64,000 nucleotides of DNA. Origin: Candidatus Latescibacterota bacterium. GTDB taxonomy: Bacteria > Latescibacterota > UBA2968. The stretch covers positions 4,480,001 through 4,544,000 of the forward strand of contig OZ244960.1 in NCBI GenBank assembly GCA_965222605.1. The letters run 5' to 3'. How positions within the stretch are numbered: the stretch's first letter is position 1; each line of letters begins with the position of its first letter. This document shows positions 1-9,355 of this stretch, in pieces. The notes under the pieces are model-generated. The model was not told the DNA's origin. It was given only the letters and a program-made list of their open reading frames with translations, and made no database searches. The position numbers were made by a program, and so were the translations under genes.

Positions 1-2216
1 TTGTTTCCTATCACCAGGATAGGGCGATTCGATTCGATGACAAGCGCTGGATTACGACCCCGTATGTGCGGGCACACGTCTCGATTCTCGGCGCTGTTCT
101 CGCTCTTTTGCTCGCGTGGGGGTATTGGCTAAAAAGATACGAACTGCTCTATTCCTTTCGCAAAGAAGTTTTTGTTGGCGCGGGTTATACAGACCTCAAT
201 ATTCAAATTTGGGCCTACTATCTGATGCTTTTGGGGCTTATTGTTCTCGCGGGTTTGCTCTTTTACAACGTGCGCGTTCGCACATGGACGATTCCCGGAT
301 TTGGCGCGGCGGGCTATCTCGGTTCGCTCATTGTTGTGAGTTGGTTTATCCCTATTGTCTTTGAATTGGTGGTTGTGCGGCCCAATGAGTTTGACAGAGA
401 AAAGCCCTATATTCAACATGCTATTAATTACACGCGCAAAGCATATAGTCTGGACAAGATCGAGGAGGTACCTTTTCCCGGAGAATCTGATCTCACTGCG
501 GATGATATCGCAAATAATCAGGCTACCATACAAAGTATTCCGCTGTGGGATCGCCGCCCGCTTATGGACACGTATTCGCAGATTCAGGAAATTCGGTCCT
601 ATTACAAATTTCGAAGTGTCGATGTGGATCGGTATCGCATTGACGGCACGTATCGGCAGGTTATGCTGGCTGCCCGCGAACTGGCGAGAAATCCGCGCGA
701 TTTGCCAGGGGATACATGGGTTAATCGGCATCTTGTGTACACGCATGGATACGGTCTGGTCATGAGTCCGGCCAATGAGATTGCAGCCGAGGGGCTGCCG
801 GGGTTTCTGCTCAAAGATATTCCACCGGTTACATCAACTGGCCTGGAGGTTGTCCGCCCCGAACTCTACTACGGGGAAGACATGCGCGATTATGTCATCG
901 TTCGGACCAACACACCCGAATTTGACTATCCCAAAGGCGATGAGAATATATACACGTCCTACAAGGGGCGCGGTGGCGTACCATTGGGCGAATTTTTGAC
1001 GCGCCTTGCATTTGCCATTCGCTTTGTCGATCCATTTATTCTTTTTACCGATGCGATAACGTCTCAAAGTCGCATTGTTTTTGACCGGCACATCGGCACC
1101 CGCTTTGGCGAAGATGCCCCGCGGCGGTTTGACAAAATTGCTCCATTTCTCCGTTTTGACAACGATCCCTATCTCGCTCTGGTTGAAGGCCGCCTGGTCT
1201 GGATACAGGATGCCTATACCGTGTCCAATATGTTTCCCTATTCGATGCCCTATGGGCGGCCTTATGTGCGAGAGATGAATTATATCCGCAATTCTGTCAA
1301 AGTGGTGCTCGATGCGTACAACGGTAGCGTCACCTTTTACGCTTGGGATACGAGCGATCCCCTTCTCAAGACCTATATGGCGATTTTCCCACACCTGTTC
1401 AAGTCAGCCGATGAAATCAGTCCCGCACTTCGCGCACACCTGCGGTATCCGATAGATATGTTTGATATTCAGGTGTCGCTTTACAATACGTATCACATGA
1501 CCACTCCGGTTGTGTTTTACAACCGCGAGGATGTGTGGGAAATCCCCACCGAATACTACGGCACAGTTGATCGCCCCATTCGCATGCGTCCGTATTATGT
1601 GATGGTGCGCTTGCCGGATGAAGACCGCGAGGAATATATCCTCATGCTGCCGGCCACACCTTCCAACAAACCGAATATGATCGGATGGGTATTTGCGCGC
1701 TGTGACGGAGAAAATTACGGACGACTTGTGGTCTATAAATTGCCCAAGGAAAAGCTTATTTACGGGCCGATGCTCATCGAACAACGCATCAATCAGGATA
1801 CCGATATTTCCCGAGAAATTACCCTGTGGGACCAACGCGGGTCAGATGTCATACGAGGCAATTTGCTGGTTATTCCCATTCGCAATTCGTTCATTTATGT
1901 CGAGCCGCTTTATCTGCGCGCGTCCCAACACGGCATGCCAGAGCTCAAGCGCGTGCTCGCCATTCACGGCGATCACCTCGCTATGGGCGAAGATCTCAAC
2001 GATGCCCTCAACAGGGTTTTTGCCAAAACAACGGGCGTGGGAGTTCGGGATCGGGATATTGAAAATTTGCCAGAAGATCTCAAAGCACTTGCGCGTCAGG
2101 CATATCTCCTCTTTGAAACGGCTCAAAAGCACTTGAGTTCAGGCGCGTTTTCCGATTATGGACAAAGCATTGAGGCACTGCGTCAAACCCTTCAGCGCAT
2201 GAATGAAAATGAATAG
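1..2216 (+). CDS. UPF0182 (COG1615) family membrane protein, 5' end outside window
   Basis: The frame is open from base 3 (VSYHQDRAIRFDDKRW...). Family-typical motifs GAGYTD, QEIRSYYKF, DVDRYRIDG, HLVYTHGYG, NYIRNSVK, GNLLVIP, YVEPLYL and PELKRV. Confidence 0.9.
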   Translation, partial: VSYHQDRAIRFDDKRWITTPYVRAHVSILGAVLALLLAWGYWLKRYELLYSFRKEVFVGAGYTDLNIQIWAYYLMLLGLIVLAGLLFYNVRVRTWTIPGFGAAGYLGSLIVVSWFIPIVFELVVVRPNEFDREKPYIQHAINYTRKAYSLDKIEEVPFPGESDLTADDIANNQATIQSIPLWDRRPLMDTYSQIQEIRSYYKFRSVDVDRYRIDGTYRQVMLAARELARNPRDLPGDTWVNRHLVYTHGYGLVMSPANEIAAEGLPGFLLKDIPPVTSTGLEVVRPELYYGEDMRDYVIVRTNTPEFDYPKGDENIYTSYKGRGGVPLGEFLTRLAFAIRFVDPFILFTDAITSQSRIVFDRHIGTRFGEDAPRRFDKIAPFLRFDNDPYLALVEGRLVWIQDAYTVSNMFPYSMPYGRPYVREMNYIRNSVKVVLDAYNGSVTFYAWDTSDPLLKTYMAIFPHLFKSADEISPALRAHLRYPIDMFDIQVSLYNTYHMTTPVVFYNREDVWEIPTEYYGTVDRPIRMRPYYVMVRLPDEDREEYILMLPATPSNKPNMIGWVFARCDGENYGRLVVYKLPKEKLIYGPMLIEQRINQDTDISREITLWDQRGSDVIRGNLLVIPIRNSFIYVEPLYLRASQHGMPELKRVLAIHGDHLAMGEDLNDALNRVFAKTTGVGVRDRDIENLPEDLKALARQAYLLFETAQKHLSSGAFSDYGQSIEALRQTLQRMNENE

Positions 2217-3117
2217 ACAGGTCTCAAAGTGGGCGGGGTTGCTCACTGAACAGCGCAATCCCAACAGCACCCATATTGACCGGTGTTCAACGGTGGATGC
2301 GTTGCGCCTTATCAATGCCGAAGATCAAAAAGTAGCGCGTGCTGTTGAAGATGTGATAGATGATATTGCCAGTGCTGTCGATCTCGTGGTATCGGCATTT
2401 CAAAAGGGCGGCCGCCTTTTTTATATTGGCGCGGGAACCAGCGGTCGCCTCGGCGTTCTCGATGCGTCTGAATGTCCACCGACCTATGGCGTATCACCCG
2501 ATCTCGTGCAGGGTATTATCGCCGGTGGTATTCCCGCTTTGACGCATTCACAAGAAGGTGCGGAAGACCATCCCGAAGATGGAGAAGCAGCACTCAAAGA
2601 TCGCGGCTGCACATCCGATGATGTCGTTATGGGTATTGCGGCGAGTGGGGTTACTCCTTTTGTGCTCGGTGCGCTCGAATACGCACAACGTATTGGCGCG
2701 AAGGCTTTGTTTTTTACATGTAATCCCGATGTCGTAGAAAAAGTACGCGCAGATGTTGCAATTGTCCCTGTTGTGGGGCCAGAAGTCATTGCCGGCTCGA
2801 CGCGCATGAAAGCGGGTACGGCTACCAAGCTCGTGCTCAATATGATAACGACAACGGCCATGATCCGCGTGGGCAAGGTCTATGAAAATTTGATGGTTGA
2901 CCTCGCGCCGACCTGCGACAAACTCATAGACCGCGCAGAACGCATTTTGGGGATCGTATCTGATCTGACGCCTGAAGAAAGTCGTCGGGCACTTGACAAT
3001 GCACTGGGCGATCTCAAAACGGCTATTGTCATGACAAAGCGGGCTGTCTCCATAGAAACAGCCCGCGAGTTGCTGCGGCAAAACGATGGCGTTATCAATA
3101 AGGTCCTGGCGGATTAA
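2203..3117 (+). CDS. murQ: N-acetylmuramic acid 6-phosphate etherase
   Basis: Motifs TEQRNP, GAGTSGRLGVLDASECPPTYG, GPEVIAGSTRMKAGTATKLVLNMITT and GKVYENLMVD. Start at 2203 or 2209. Confidence 0.95.
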   Translation: MKMNRQVSKWAGLLTEQRNPNSTHIDRCSTVDALRLINAEDQKVARAVEDVIDDIASAVDLVVSAFQKGGRLFYIGAGTSGRLGVLDASECPPTYGVSPDLVQGIIAGGIPALTHSQEGAEDHPEDGEAALKDRGCTSDDVVMGIAASGVTPFVLGALEYAQRIGAKALFFTCNPDVVEKVRADVAIVPVVGPEVIAGSTRMKAGTATKLVLNMITTTAMIRVGKVYENLMVDLAPTCDKLIDRAERILGIVSDLTPEESRRALDNALGDLKTAIVMTKRAVSIETARELLRQNDGVINKVLAD

Positions 3118-4643
3118 GACTTACTTTGTTCCCCTTGATAGAATGCTTTTACCAGGCCGTTGAGAAAGTCTTTGGGCTGACGCACGGCTTCTGCGGTAAT
3201 GACAAAAGACTGGTGTCCCAACAGTTTTAGCCCGTGCCCGTAATCATCGAATAAATCCGGACACACTTCGTCAACTGTGCGATTTTCTTTTGTTGCCTTT
3301 TCGGCAAGTGCGCCCAGTGCTTCATTGTCAAATGTGAGTGCGATGCCATAAGCGCTCTGGAATCGCTTGACAAATGCGCTCGTGCCCCTCAAGACCAGCA
3401 ATTGCTGAAGTGCGTGTTCGGGATTTTCAATCACATTTTTCGTGACGTGAAACGAATCGATGTCTGTCGATGGCAATGATTTTTCAAATTTTAGCAACGC
3501 GCGTTCACATACGCTGACCAGACTCCGTGCGCCGGTTTGTTCCAGGGCGGCTTGTTCAGCCAACAACCTGAGGGCGTCGTCGTCAAAAGTCAGATCAATG
3601 CCGTAGGATTTGAAATCGCGTTTCTTGCCCAAAACCACCGAACTGGTCGGGCTTTGCAAGATCGCGTAGAGATCGTCAACGCTCAAGGGCGTTAAAATTG
3701 CTGTTACGGGTAACCGCCCCACAAACTCAGATTCAAAACCGTATTCGATCAGGTCTTCTGTTTTGGCGTATTGCAAAAGTTCTGTGTGATCCTGTTCGTG
3801 AGCAATGTCGCGCCCCGATTGAAACCCGACTTTGCCCAGGTTGAGACGCTTGCGCACGATGTCATCGAGTCCGCTGAAGGCACCACTTACGATAAACAGG
3901 ATATTGCGCGTGTTAATTTTTTGACGCTCTACTTTGCCACTGCGCTGAAACTGCATCATGGATTCCATCTGCGATGTGAGGTCGTGCGGTGCTTTGAGAT
4001 CGACATCGGTTTCTTCCATGAGCTTGAGCAAGTTGCGCTGAACGCCAGTGCGCGATACATCTGGGCCGACCTGATTTGAGCTCGATGCGATTTTGTCTAT
4101 TTCGTCGATGTACACGATGCCGTATTGTGCCATTTCAATACTGCCATCGGCTTCGCGCACGAGTTCTCGAATCAGGTCTTCGACATCGCCACCCACATAT
4201 CCCGTTTCGCTGAATTTTGTCGCATCGCCCTTGACAAATGGAACGCCAATGCGTTGTGCAATCAACTTGATCAAATACGTTTTGCCCACGCCCGTAGGGC
4301 CAATCAGGAGTATATTGTTTTTGATTTGCCCCACATTTTTGTGCGAAAATTCTGGGTCTTCGTGGTCGAGTTTCATGCGGTTGTAATGCGTACATATCTT
4401 GGTGGCTAATACTTCTTTTGCTTCGGCTTGTTGCACCACATACTCGTTTAAATAAGCCTCCAACTCTTCGGGTTTGAGGTCAAAATCTATGGTTTGTTCT
4501 GCGGGTTCTTCCACGCGGGGACCTTCCTGCATCCCGTCAGTCTCCCCTTCGGGAAAGACCACCTGATTCCCGTATTTTTGTTCGAGGAAATTTTTGAGAT
4601 CTTTTTGCAATTCTGCTGGAGAAAAAGGTCGTTTTTCAGACAT
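3114..4643 (-). CDS. ClpX-like AAA+ ATPase lacking the N-terminal zinc-binding domain, with a duplicated C-terminal small subdomain
   Basis: Walker A GPTGVGKT, DATKFSETGYVGGDVE pore loop, Walker B IVYIDEIDKI, DVSRTGVQRNLLKLME, VGF loop, EFVGRLP and TGAR. No CxxC N-terminal domain. Confidence 0.85.
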   Translation of the reverse strand: MSEKRPFSPAELQKDLKNFLEQKYGNQVVFPEGETDGMQEGPRVEEPAEQTIDFDLKPEELEAYLNEYVVQQAEAKEVLATKICTHYNRMKLDHEDPEFSHKNVGQIKNNILLIGPTGVGKTYLIKLIAQRIGVPFVKGDATKFSETGYVGGDVEDLIRELVREADGSIEMAQYGIVYIDEIDKIASSSNQVGPDVSRTGVQRNLLKLMEETDVDLKAPHDLTSQMESMMQFQRSGKVERQKINTRNILFIVSGAFSGLDDIVRKRLNLGKVGFQSGRDIAHEQDHTELLQYAKTEDLIEYGFESEFVGRLPVTAILTPLSVDDLYAILQSPTSSVVLGKKRDFKSYGIDLTFDDDALRLLAEQAALEQTGARSLVSVCERALLKFEKSLPSTDIDSFHVTKNVIENPEHALQQLLVLRGTSAFVKRFQSAYGIALTFDNEALGALAEKATKENRTVDEVCPDLFDDYGHGLKLLGHQSFVITAEAVRQPKDFLNGLVKAFYQGEQSKS

Positions 4644-4800
4644 AAAAAAGCTCCAGTGTCAAGAGGCTGGGGACTGGGACAGGTCTCAGTCCATCCAGAG
4701 TAGTAATAACTGAAAGCATCTACAACGATACCAATACTGCTTCTGACTGTCAAGTTATCATCAGAACATACAAACCGCGTACTCAAAAAATATTACGGAG

Positions 4801-6537
4801 ATGAATACAGGTATGAATCTCAGTCCACTAACACTTCGTCGGTTATGCGATGAATTGCGGCCTCAGATTGACCATCGTCTGATCCGCGATGTGTACCTCG
4901 TTGGTCGGCACGATCTCTTTTTTTCTCTGGGCGATGCCGGGCATCTTTTGCTTTCTGCACAACCGAGTCGCAGTTGCCTGATGCTGACCCAACCGCCCAG
5001 CGACGCCCAGCGCGTGCGCATCCCCTGGGCAGATCGCTATTTGCGCGGTGCGGGTATTATTGGCATTGAGCATGTTCCCCACGAACGCATTGTGCATCTC
5101 GTGGTTCGCAAGCGCGATCGCATTGGCACTACTACCGATTCCCGCATTATATGCGAATTGATCAACAGGTATGCCAATGTTGTTCTCGTCGATATGAGAA
5201 CGGAACGAATTCTGGGGTCACTCAGGTCTGTTCGCTCGCGTCAGAACCGCGTGCGGGAAATATTGCCGGGAAAGATCTATCAGCCGCCGCCAGCACTTGA
5301 CCGCACACCGCCGGAAAGCGCGAAGCTTTCCTTTTTGATCGAGATTCCCAAAGATATGCGCGCAAACGCGCTTGTACAAAATATTGCGGGGCTCGATCTT
5401 ATATCTGCACGCGAATTGCTTTATATTGCTGGTTTTGTGGAAAAACATTCGCTTTCCGCCAGCGATCTCGCAAATTTTGCGGAAATTATTCGCGCCTTTT
5501 TTGCGAATCCGCCATTTTATGACGGAGGCTTGCGCGTGCGCGATGGGGATAATCGCAACGCGGTTTGTGCCCTTGATGTCCGGCATACGCAGATAGAACA
5601 GATGTATAGTACGCTCGGCGAAGCCATATCGGATGTTGCGGCGTGCGAAGTCCAGGCTGAAGCACTTAAAGGGCGACAGAAAAATATTGAGAAGGATGTG
5701 AAAAAACGCCTGACTATCTGCGAGCGGAAAATTGCGCGTATCCGCGCAGATATCGACGATGCGGGCAATGCGGACTTGTATGAAAAGATGGGCAATGTGC
5801 TGATGTGTCACATCGCGCAGATTCCTCTGAATGTCGATACTATCACGCTGCCCGATGTGTTTAGTCCATCCGGTGGGGATATGGTTATTCCTCTCAATCC
5901 GAGACGCACGGCTTCGGAAAATGCCAGTGCGTATCTCAAGCGGGCGCGAAAAGCGCGAAAAGGCGCGCCTATTCTCGCCAAACGCCTCGTGGTCGCGCAG
6001 AGGGAAAAGGATGAAATCCAGCAGTACATAGATCGCATCAATACTGTCCGTTCAGAAGCTGAGTTTGATGAGATACGCAGGGAACTGGAAGACGCACGCC
6101 TGATCAAAACACCAAAAAAGAGACCGCAATCCAGGTCCAAACGCCAGCCTGGCGATATTCATCCCAGGCGATATCGCACACAAGACGGTTGGCGCGTGCT
6201 GGTGGGGCGGAATAATGCGGAAAACGATAGGCTTACCAAAAGTTCAGGCCGCGACGATCTCTTTTTGCATGCTCACGGGTGCCCGGGATCCCATGTGATT
6301 CTCAAACGCGATGGCAGAGCGGATCGTCCCTCTCAGAAAACACTTAAAGAAGCGGCCAGTCTGGCGGCTTATTGGAGCAAAGCGCGGGGTGCCAAAAGTG
6401 TGCCGGTCAATTATACGGAGGTTCGCTATGTGCAAAAACCGCGCGGGGCACCGCCGGGTCTGGTCACGATTCGCAACGAAAAAACCGTGATGGTCTCGCC
6501 TCGTGAACTCAAGCGCGAGGATGGGGAATATTCATAA
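4801..6537 (+). CDS. rqcH: NFACT family ribosome quality-control factor (RqcH/FbpA-like)
   Basis: N-terminal ERIV and ELINRYANVVL, central coiled coil, NASAYLKRARKARKG, and NFACT-R domain VGRNNAENDRL...FLHAHGCPGSHVIL...AASLAAYWSKAR. Start may be 4813. Confidence 0.85.
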   Translation: MNTGMNLSPLTLRRLCDELRPQIDHRLIRDVYLVGRHDLFFSLGDAGHLLLSAQPSRSCLMLTQPPSDAQRVRIPWADRYLRGAGIIGIEHVPHERIVHLVVRKRDRIGTTTDSRIICELINRYANVVLVDMRTERILGSLRSVRSRQNRVREILPGKIYQPPPALDRTPPESAKLSFLIEIPKDMRANALVQNIAGLDLISARELLYIAGFVEKHSLSASDLANFAEIIRAFFANPPFYDGGLRVRDGDNRNAVCALDVRHTQIEQMYSTLGEAISDVAACEVQAEALKGRQKNIEKDVKKRLTICERKIARIRADIDDAGNADLYEKMGNVLMCHIAQIPLNVDTITLPDVFSPSGGDMVIPLNPRRTASENASAYLKRARKARKGAPILAKRLVVAQREKDEIQQYIDRINTVRSEAEFDEIRRELEDARLIKTPKKRPQSRSKRQPGDIHPRRYRTQDGWRVLVGRNNAENDRLTKSSGRDDLFLHAHGCPGSHVILKRDGRADRPSQKTLKEAASLAAYWSKARGAKSVPVNYTEVRYVQKPRGAPPGLVTIRNEKTVMVSPRELKREDGEYS

Positions 6538-7194
6538 TTTTTTTTTCAAGGGAGATATTGTGTCGCGAAAGAAGGTATTGATTACAGGTGCAGCAGGGCG
6601 AATTGGCGTGGTTCTCACAGATGGTTTGCACGAGCGGTATCAACTGAGAGTGCTGTACAATCGCACGATTTTAGATCAGAAGTACGACGAGGAAGTGCTG
6701 GTGGCAAATATTACGGATCTGGGGAAGATGGAAGAGGCAGTAGATGGAATGGATGCGGTGGTTCACATGGCGGGGAATCCGTCGGGCGGTGCGACGTTTG
6801 AAGAAACCGTGGAGGCGAATATTATCGGCACCTACAATATTTATGAGGCGTGCAAGCGCAGGGGGGTGAAGCGGGTGATTTTTGCCAGTACAAATCACGT
6901 TACGGGCATGTACGAAAAGAAGGGGCCGATTTATACGACCTGGGAAATGCCCGTGCGTCCGGACAGTTATTACGGTGCGAGCAAAGCTTATGGCGAAGCG
7001 TTGGGACGGTATTATGTCGATGAATATGGGCTGTCTGTGATTTGCCATCGCATTGGGTCTTTTCAGCCTGTTTCTTCTGTTCGCAATCGAGGTAGTGACC
7101 GCATTTTATCGACCTGGTTGAGTTATAAAGATACTGTGCAATTGACCTGGCGAAGCATTGAGGCACCGGAGAAAATTGATTTTGCGATTTATTA

Positions 7195-8095
7195 ACCTTT
7201 GGTGCTAGTGTTATATTCTGAAGTGTGCGATGGCAAGGTTAATGAACCCATCTTCATCGGGTTTAAAGCCCTGCCATTGTACCAAGATATTGAAGGCGGC
7301 CATGGTAAAAGCCAATCGCATTGCAAAATAGCTCCAGACCCGATGCATGACTTTCTTAAAATGCCACACGAGCGTCATCATAGATAAGATGGTTTCAACC
7401 ACCATGCGCTCATTCCAAGTGCCACGCGGACAGATTTTTAAGTTTTCTGGGTTGTCTTGCGCTTTTTGAAAGCCGACATCGGCAAAGACGACCATGTCTG
7501 ATTGCACCTGCTTGATGAGATGGTGGAAGGTGGTATCGTGAACATTAGCTGTCTGACAGTCCCAATCCACGATGAGACCCCATTGATTGATCAACAGACA
7601 GAGCTTGCCACCGACAATCCAGCGATAATTCGATTTGCCTTTCTTCCCGATCTGAGCAGGACTTCTGCCTTCTCGGATCGGATGAATCAACTCAATGCCA
7701 TAGCTATCAATGATGCCCAACACGCTCTTTTCGGCTAAAAATCGGCTTGTGGCGTGTTGATGCCTTAAAAAGAGGCGAAACAAGCGCGTGCGATGAGGTA
7801 AGTTAGGAAACAGGTGCTGCCAATCGTTTATCAGCCAATCATAATAGGCGCGATTGCCCACCCCTTTAATCGCAAAAAGCAAGGCCAACGTGATGACTTC
7901 GCTGGGATAGAGCTTGGCTTGAGGATGTTTCTCAAGGTCTTGCGTTTGATCATCTACCCGACAGAACAGGTCAATGATCAGCATTTCAGTCGTCATGAAG
8001 TTTACCTCCCTGCTGTGAATGAATGAGGTGCTAACTCATTCAGCATAGGTAAACTTCTGGCGACTTACAACTTCTTATCTACTAGCACCAAAGGT
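7195..8095 (-). mobile_element. IS982-family insertion sequence (901 bp)
   Basis: Perfect 15-bp terminal inverted repeats ACCTTTGGTGCTAGT (7195-7209 / 8081-8095). 5-bp duplication TATTA at 7190-7194 and 8096-8100. Single DDE transposase. Confidence 0.85.
7211..7996 (-). CDS. IS982-like DDE transposase
   Basis: IIDLFCRVDD, LYPSEVITL, IIDS, GKLCLL, ANVHD, FADVGF and ERMVVET. RBS GGGAGG. Confidence 0.8.
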   Translation of the reverse strand: MTTEMLIIDLFCRVDDQTQDLEKHPQAKLYPSEVITLALLFAIKGVGNRAYYDWLINDWQHLFPNLPHRTRLFRLFLRHQHATSRFLAEKSVLGIIDSYGIELIHPIREGRSPAQIGKKGKSNYRWIVGGKLCLLINQWGLIVDWDCQTANVHDTTFHHLIKQVQSDMVVFADVGFQKAQDNPENLKICPRGTWNERMVVETILSMMTLVWHFKKVMHRVWSYFAMRLAFTMAAFNILVQWQGFKPDEDGFINLAIAHFRI

Positions 8096-8208
8096 TATTA
8101 CGGTATTTCGGGCAATACGCGAGCGTATTGGGATATTCAGAATGCGCGCGAAGAGATCGGGTATGATCCTGTGGATAATGCTGAGGATTATGTTTAGCGG
8201 GAAACGCG

Positions 8209-8244
8209 AAAAACCGCCAATTGCTCACAATCGGCGGTTTTTTT
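8209..8244. terminator. Bidirectional intrinsic terminator
   Basis: AAAAACCGCCAATTG-CTCA-CAATCGGCGGTTTTTTT between convergent genes. Confidence 0.75.
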
Positions 8245-8263
8245 GTGTCTGAATGCGACGGCT

Positions 8264-9145
8264 TTACGCGAGGCCGTGCATGCGTTTGGCCGATGTTATG
8301 GTGTTGTGCAGGAGCATGGTGATGGTCATGGGACCAACGCCGCCTGGGACGGGTGTGATGGCGCGTGCTTTTTTACTGATGGCTTTGTAATCGACATCGC
8401 CAACGAGGCGATAACCCGCTTTTTTGGATTTGTCGGGTACGCGGTTGACGCCAATGTCGATGACGACTGCGCCGTCTTGCACCATATCGGCAGTAATGGT
8501 TTTAGGATGCCCTGTCACAACGATGAGGATATCTGCCTGACGGGTGAAGTGTCCGAGGTCGCGTGTGCCGGTATGGCACAAGGTGACGGTGGCATTTGTG
8601 GCTTTTTGCGAAAGGATGTTGGCGAGGGGACGACCGACCAAGGTGCTGCGCCCCACGATGACGACGTGTTTGCCCGCAACTTCAAAGTTGCCGCGTTTGA
8701 GGATTTGTTGGACGCCGTGCGGCGTGCAGGGCAAAAAGCCTTCTTCGCCGCGCATGAGGCGACCGAGGTTGACCGGGTGGAGGCCATCTACGTCTTTGTC
8801 GGGTGAGATGCTGTTGAGGGCGGTTTGTTCGTCAAAGCCTTCGGGTAGGGGAAGTTGGACGAGGATGCCGTGAATGGTGGGGTCGTCGTTGAGTTGTTCA
8901 ATGATGTCGAGAAGGGCAGATTCGGGCTGGTCGGCTGTCAGGGTGTGTTCAATAGAATATATGCCGATGTCTGCACATGCTTTGCGTTTGCCTTTGATGT
9001 AGGATATGGATGCCGGATCGTCGCCGACGAGTACGACCGCGAGGCCCGGGGTGAGGTTGTGCTCTGCTTTGAGGTTCTTGACTTCTTCGGCCATTTCAGC
9101 GCGCATGGTTTTGGACAGGTCTGTGCCGTTTATGATTTTTGCCAT
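8264..9145 (-). CDS. folD: Bifunctional methylenetetrahydrofolate dehydrogenase/cyclohydrolase
   Basis: PGLAVVLVG, HGILVQLPLP, KDVDGLHP, PCTPHG, GRSTLVGRP and TPVPGGVGPMTITML. Confidence 0.97.
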   Translation of the reverse strand: MAKIINGTDLSKTMRAEMAEEVKNLKAEHNLTPGLAVVLVGDDPASISYIKGKRKACADIGIYSIEHTLTADQPESALLDIIEQLNDDPTIHGILVQLPLPEGFDEQTALNSISPDKDVDGLHPVNLGRLMRGEEGFLPCTPHGVQQILKRGNFEVAGKHVVIVGRSTLVGRPLANILSQKATNATVTLCHTGTRDLGHFTRQADILIVVTGHPKTITADMVQDGAVVIDIGVNRVPDKSKKAGYRLVGDVDYKAISKKARAITPVPGGVGPMTITMLLHNTITSAKRMHGLA

Positions 9146-9171
9146 GATCGCTTTCTCCCATGTGAATGCCC

Positions 9172-9217
9172 AAAATAAAAATACGCCCGGGCGATGTGAT
9201 TGTTGTTAGCCCAGGCG
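9172..9217 (-). terminator. Riboswitch expression-platform terminator
   Basis: The aptamer 3' end CGCCTGGGC can pair with downstream GCCCGGGCG, followed by TATTTTTATTTT. Confidence 0.7.
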
Positions 9218-9284
9218 GTCGGCGTGTGTTTATAGTCCAGTGCTTCCTCGTGGTTATTTCCACGTTTCCGCCAGTTACACTGGA
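9209..9284 (-). ncRNA. ZMP/ZTP (pfl) riboswitch
   Basis: The minus strand reads TCCAGTGTAACTGGCGGAAACGTGGAAATAACCACGAGGAAGCACTGGA...ACGCCGACCGCCTGGGC. This matches the ACUGGCG...GUGG..CCAC..GA(A)GC...GCCGACCGCCUGGGC consensus, and it lies directly upstream of folD. Confidence 0.9.
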
Positions 9285-9355
9285 AATTTCTGTAAATTTA
9301 AGGGATTTGGGCAGACAATCCAAATTTTTTTTGGAATTTTACCAGCCCGCGTTTT

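Larger units (their letters stand above)
6560..8197 (+). pseudogene. NAD-dependent epimerase/dehydratase (uronate dehydrogenase-like), split by an IS982-family element
   Basis: GTG start at 6560 after GGAG. Motifs TGAAGRIG, YYGASK and RIGSF. Removing 7195-8100 restores DFAIY-YGISGNTRAYWDIQNAREEIGYDPVDNAEDYV*, with the stop at 8195-8197. Confidence 0.9.
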
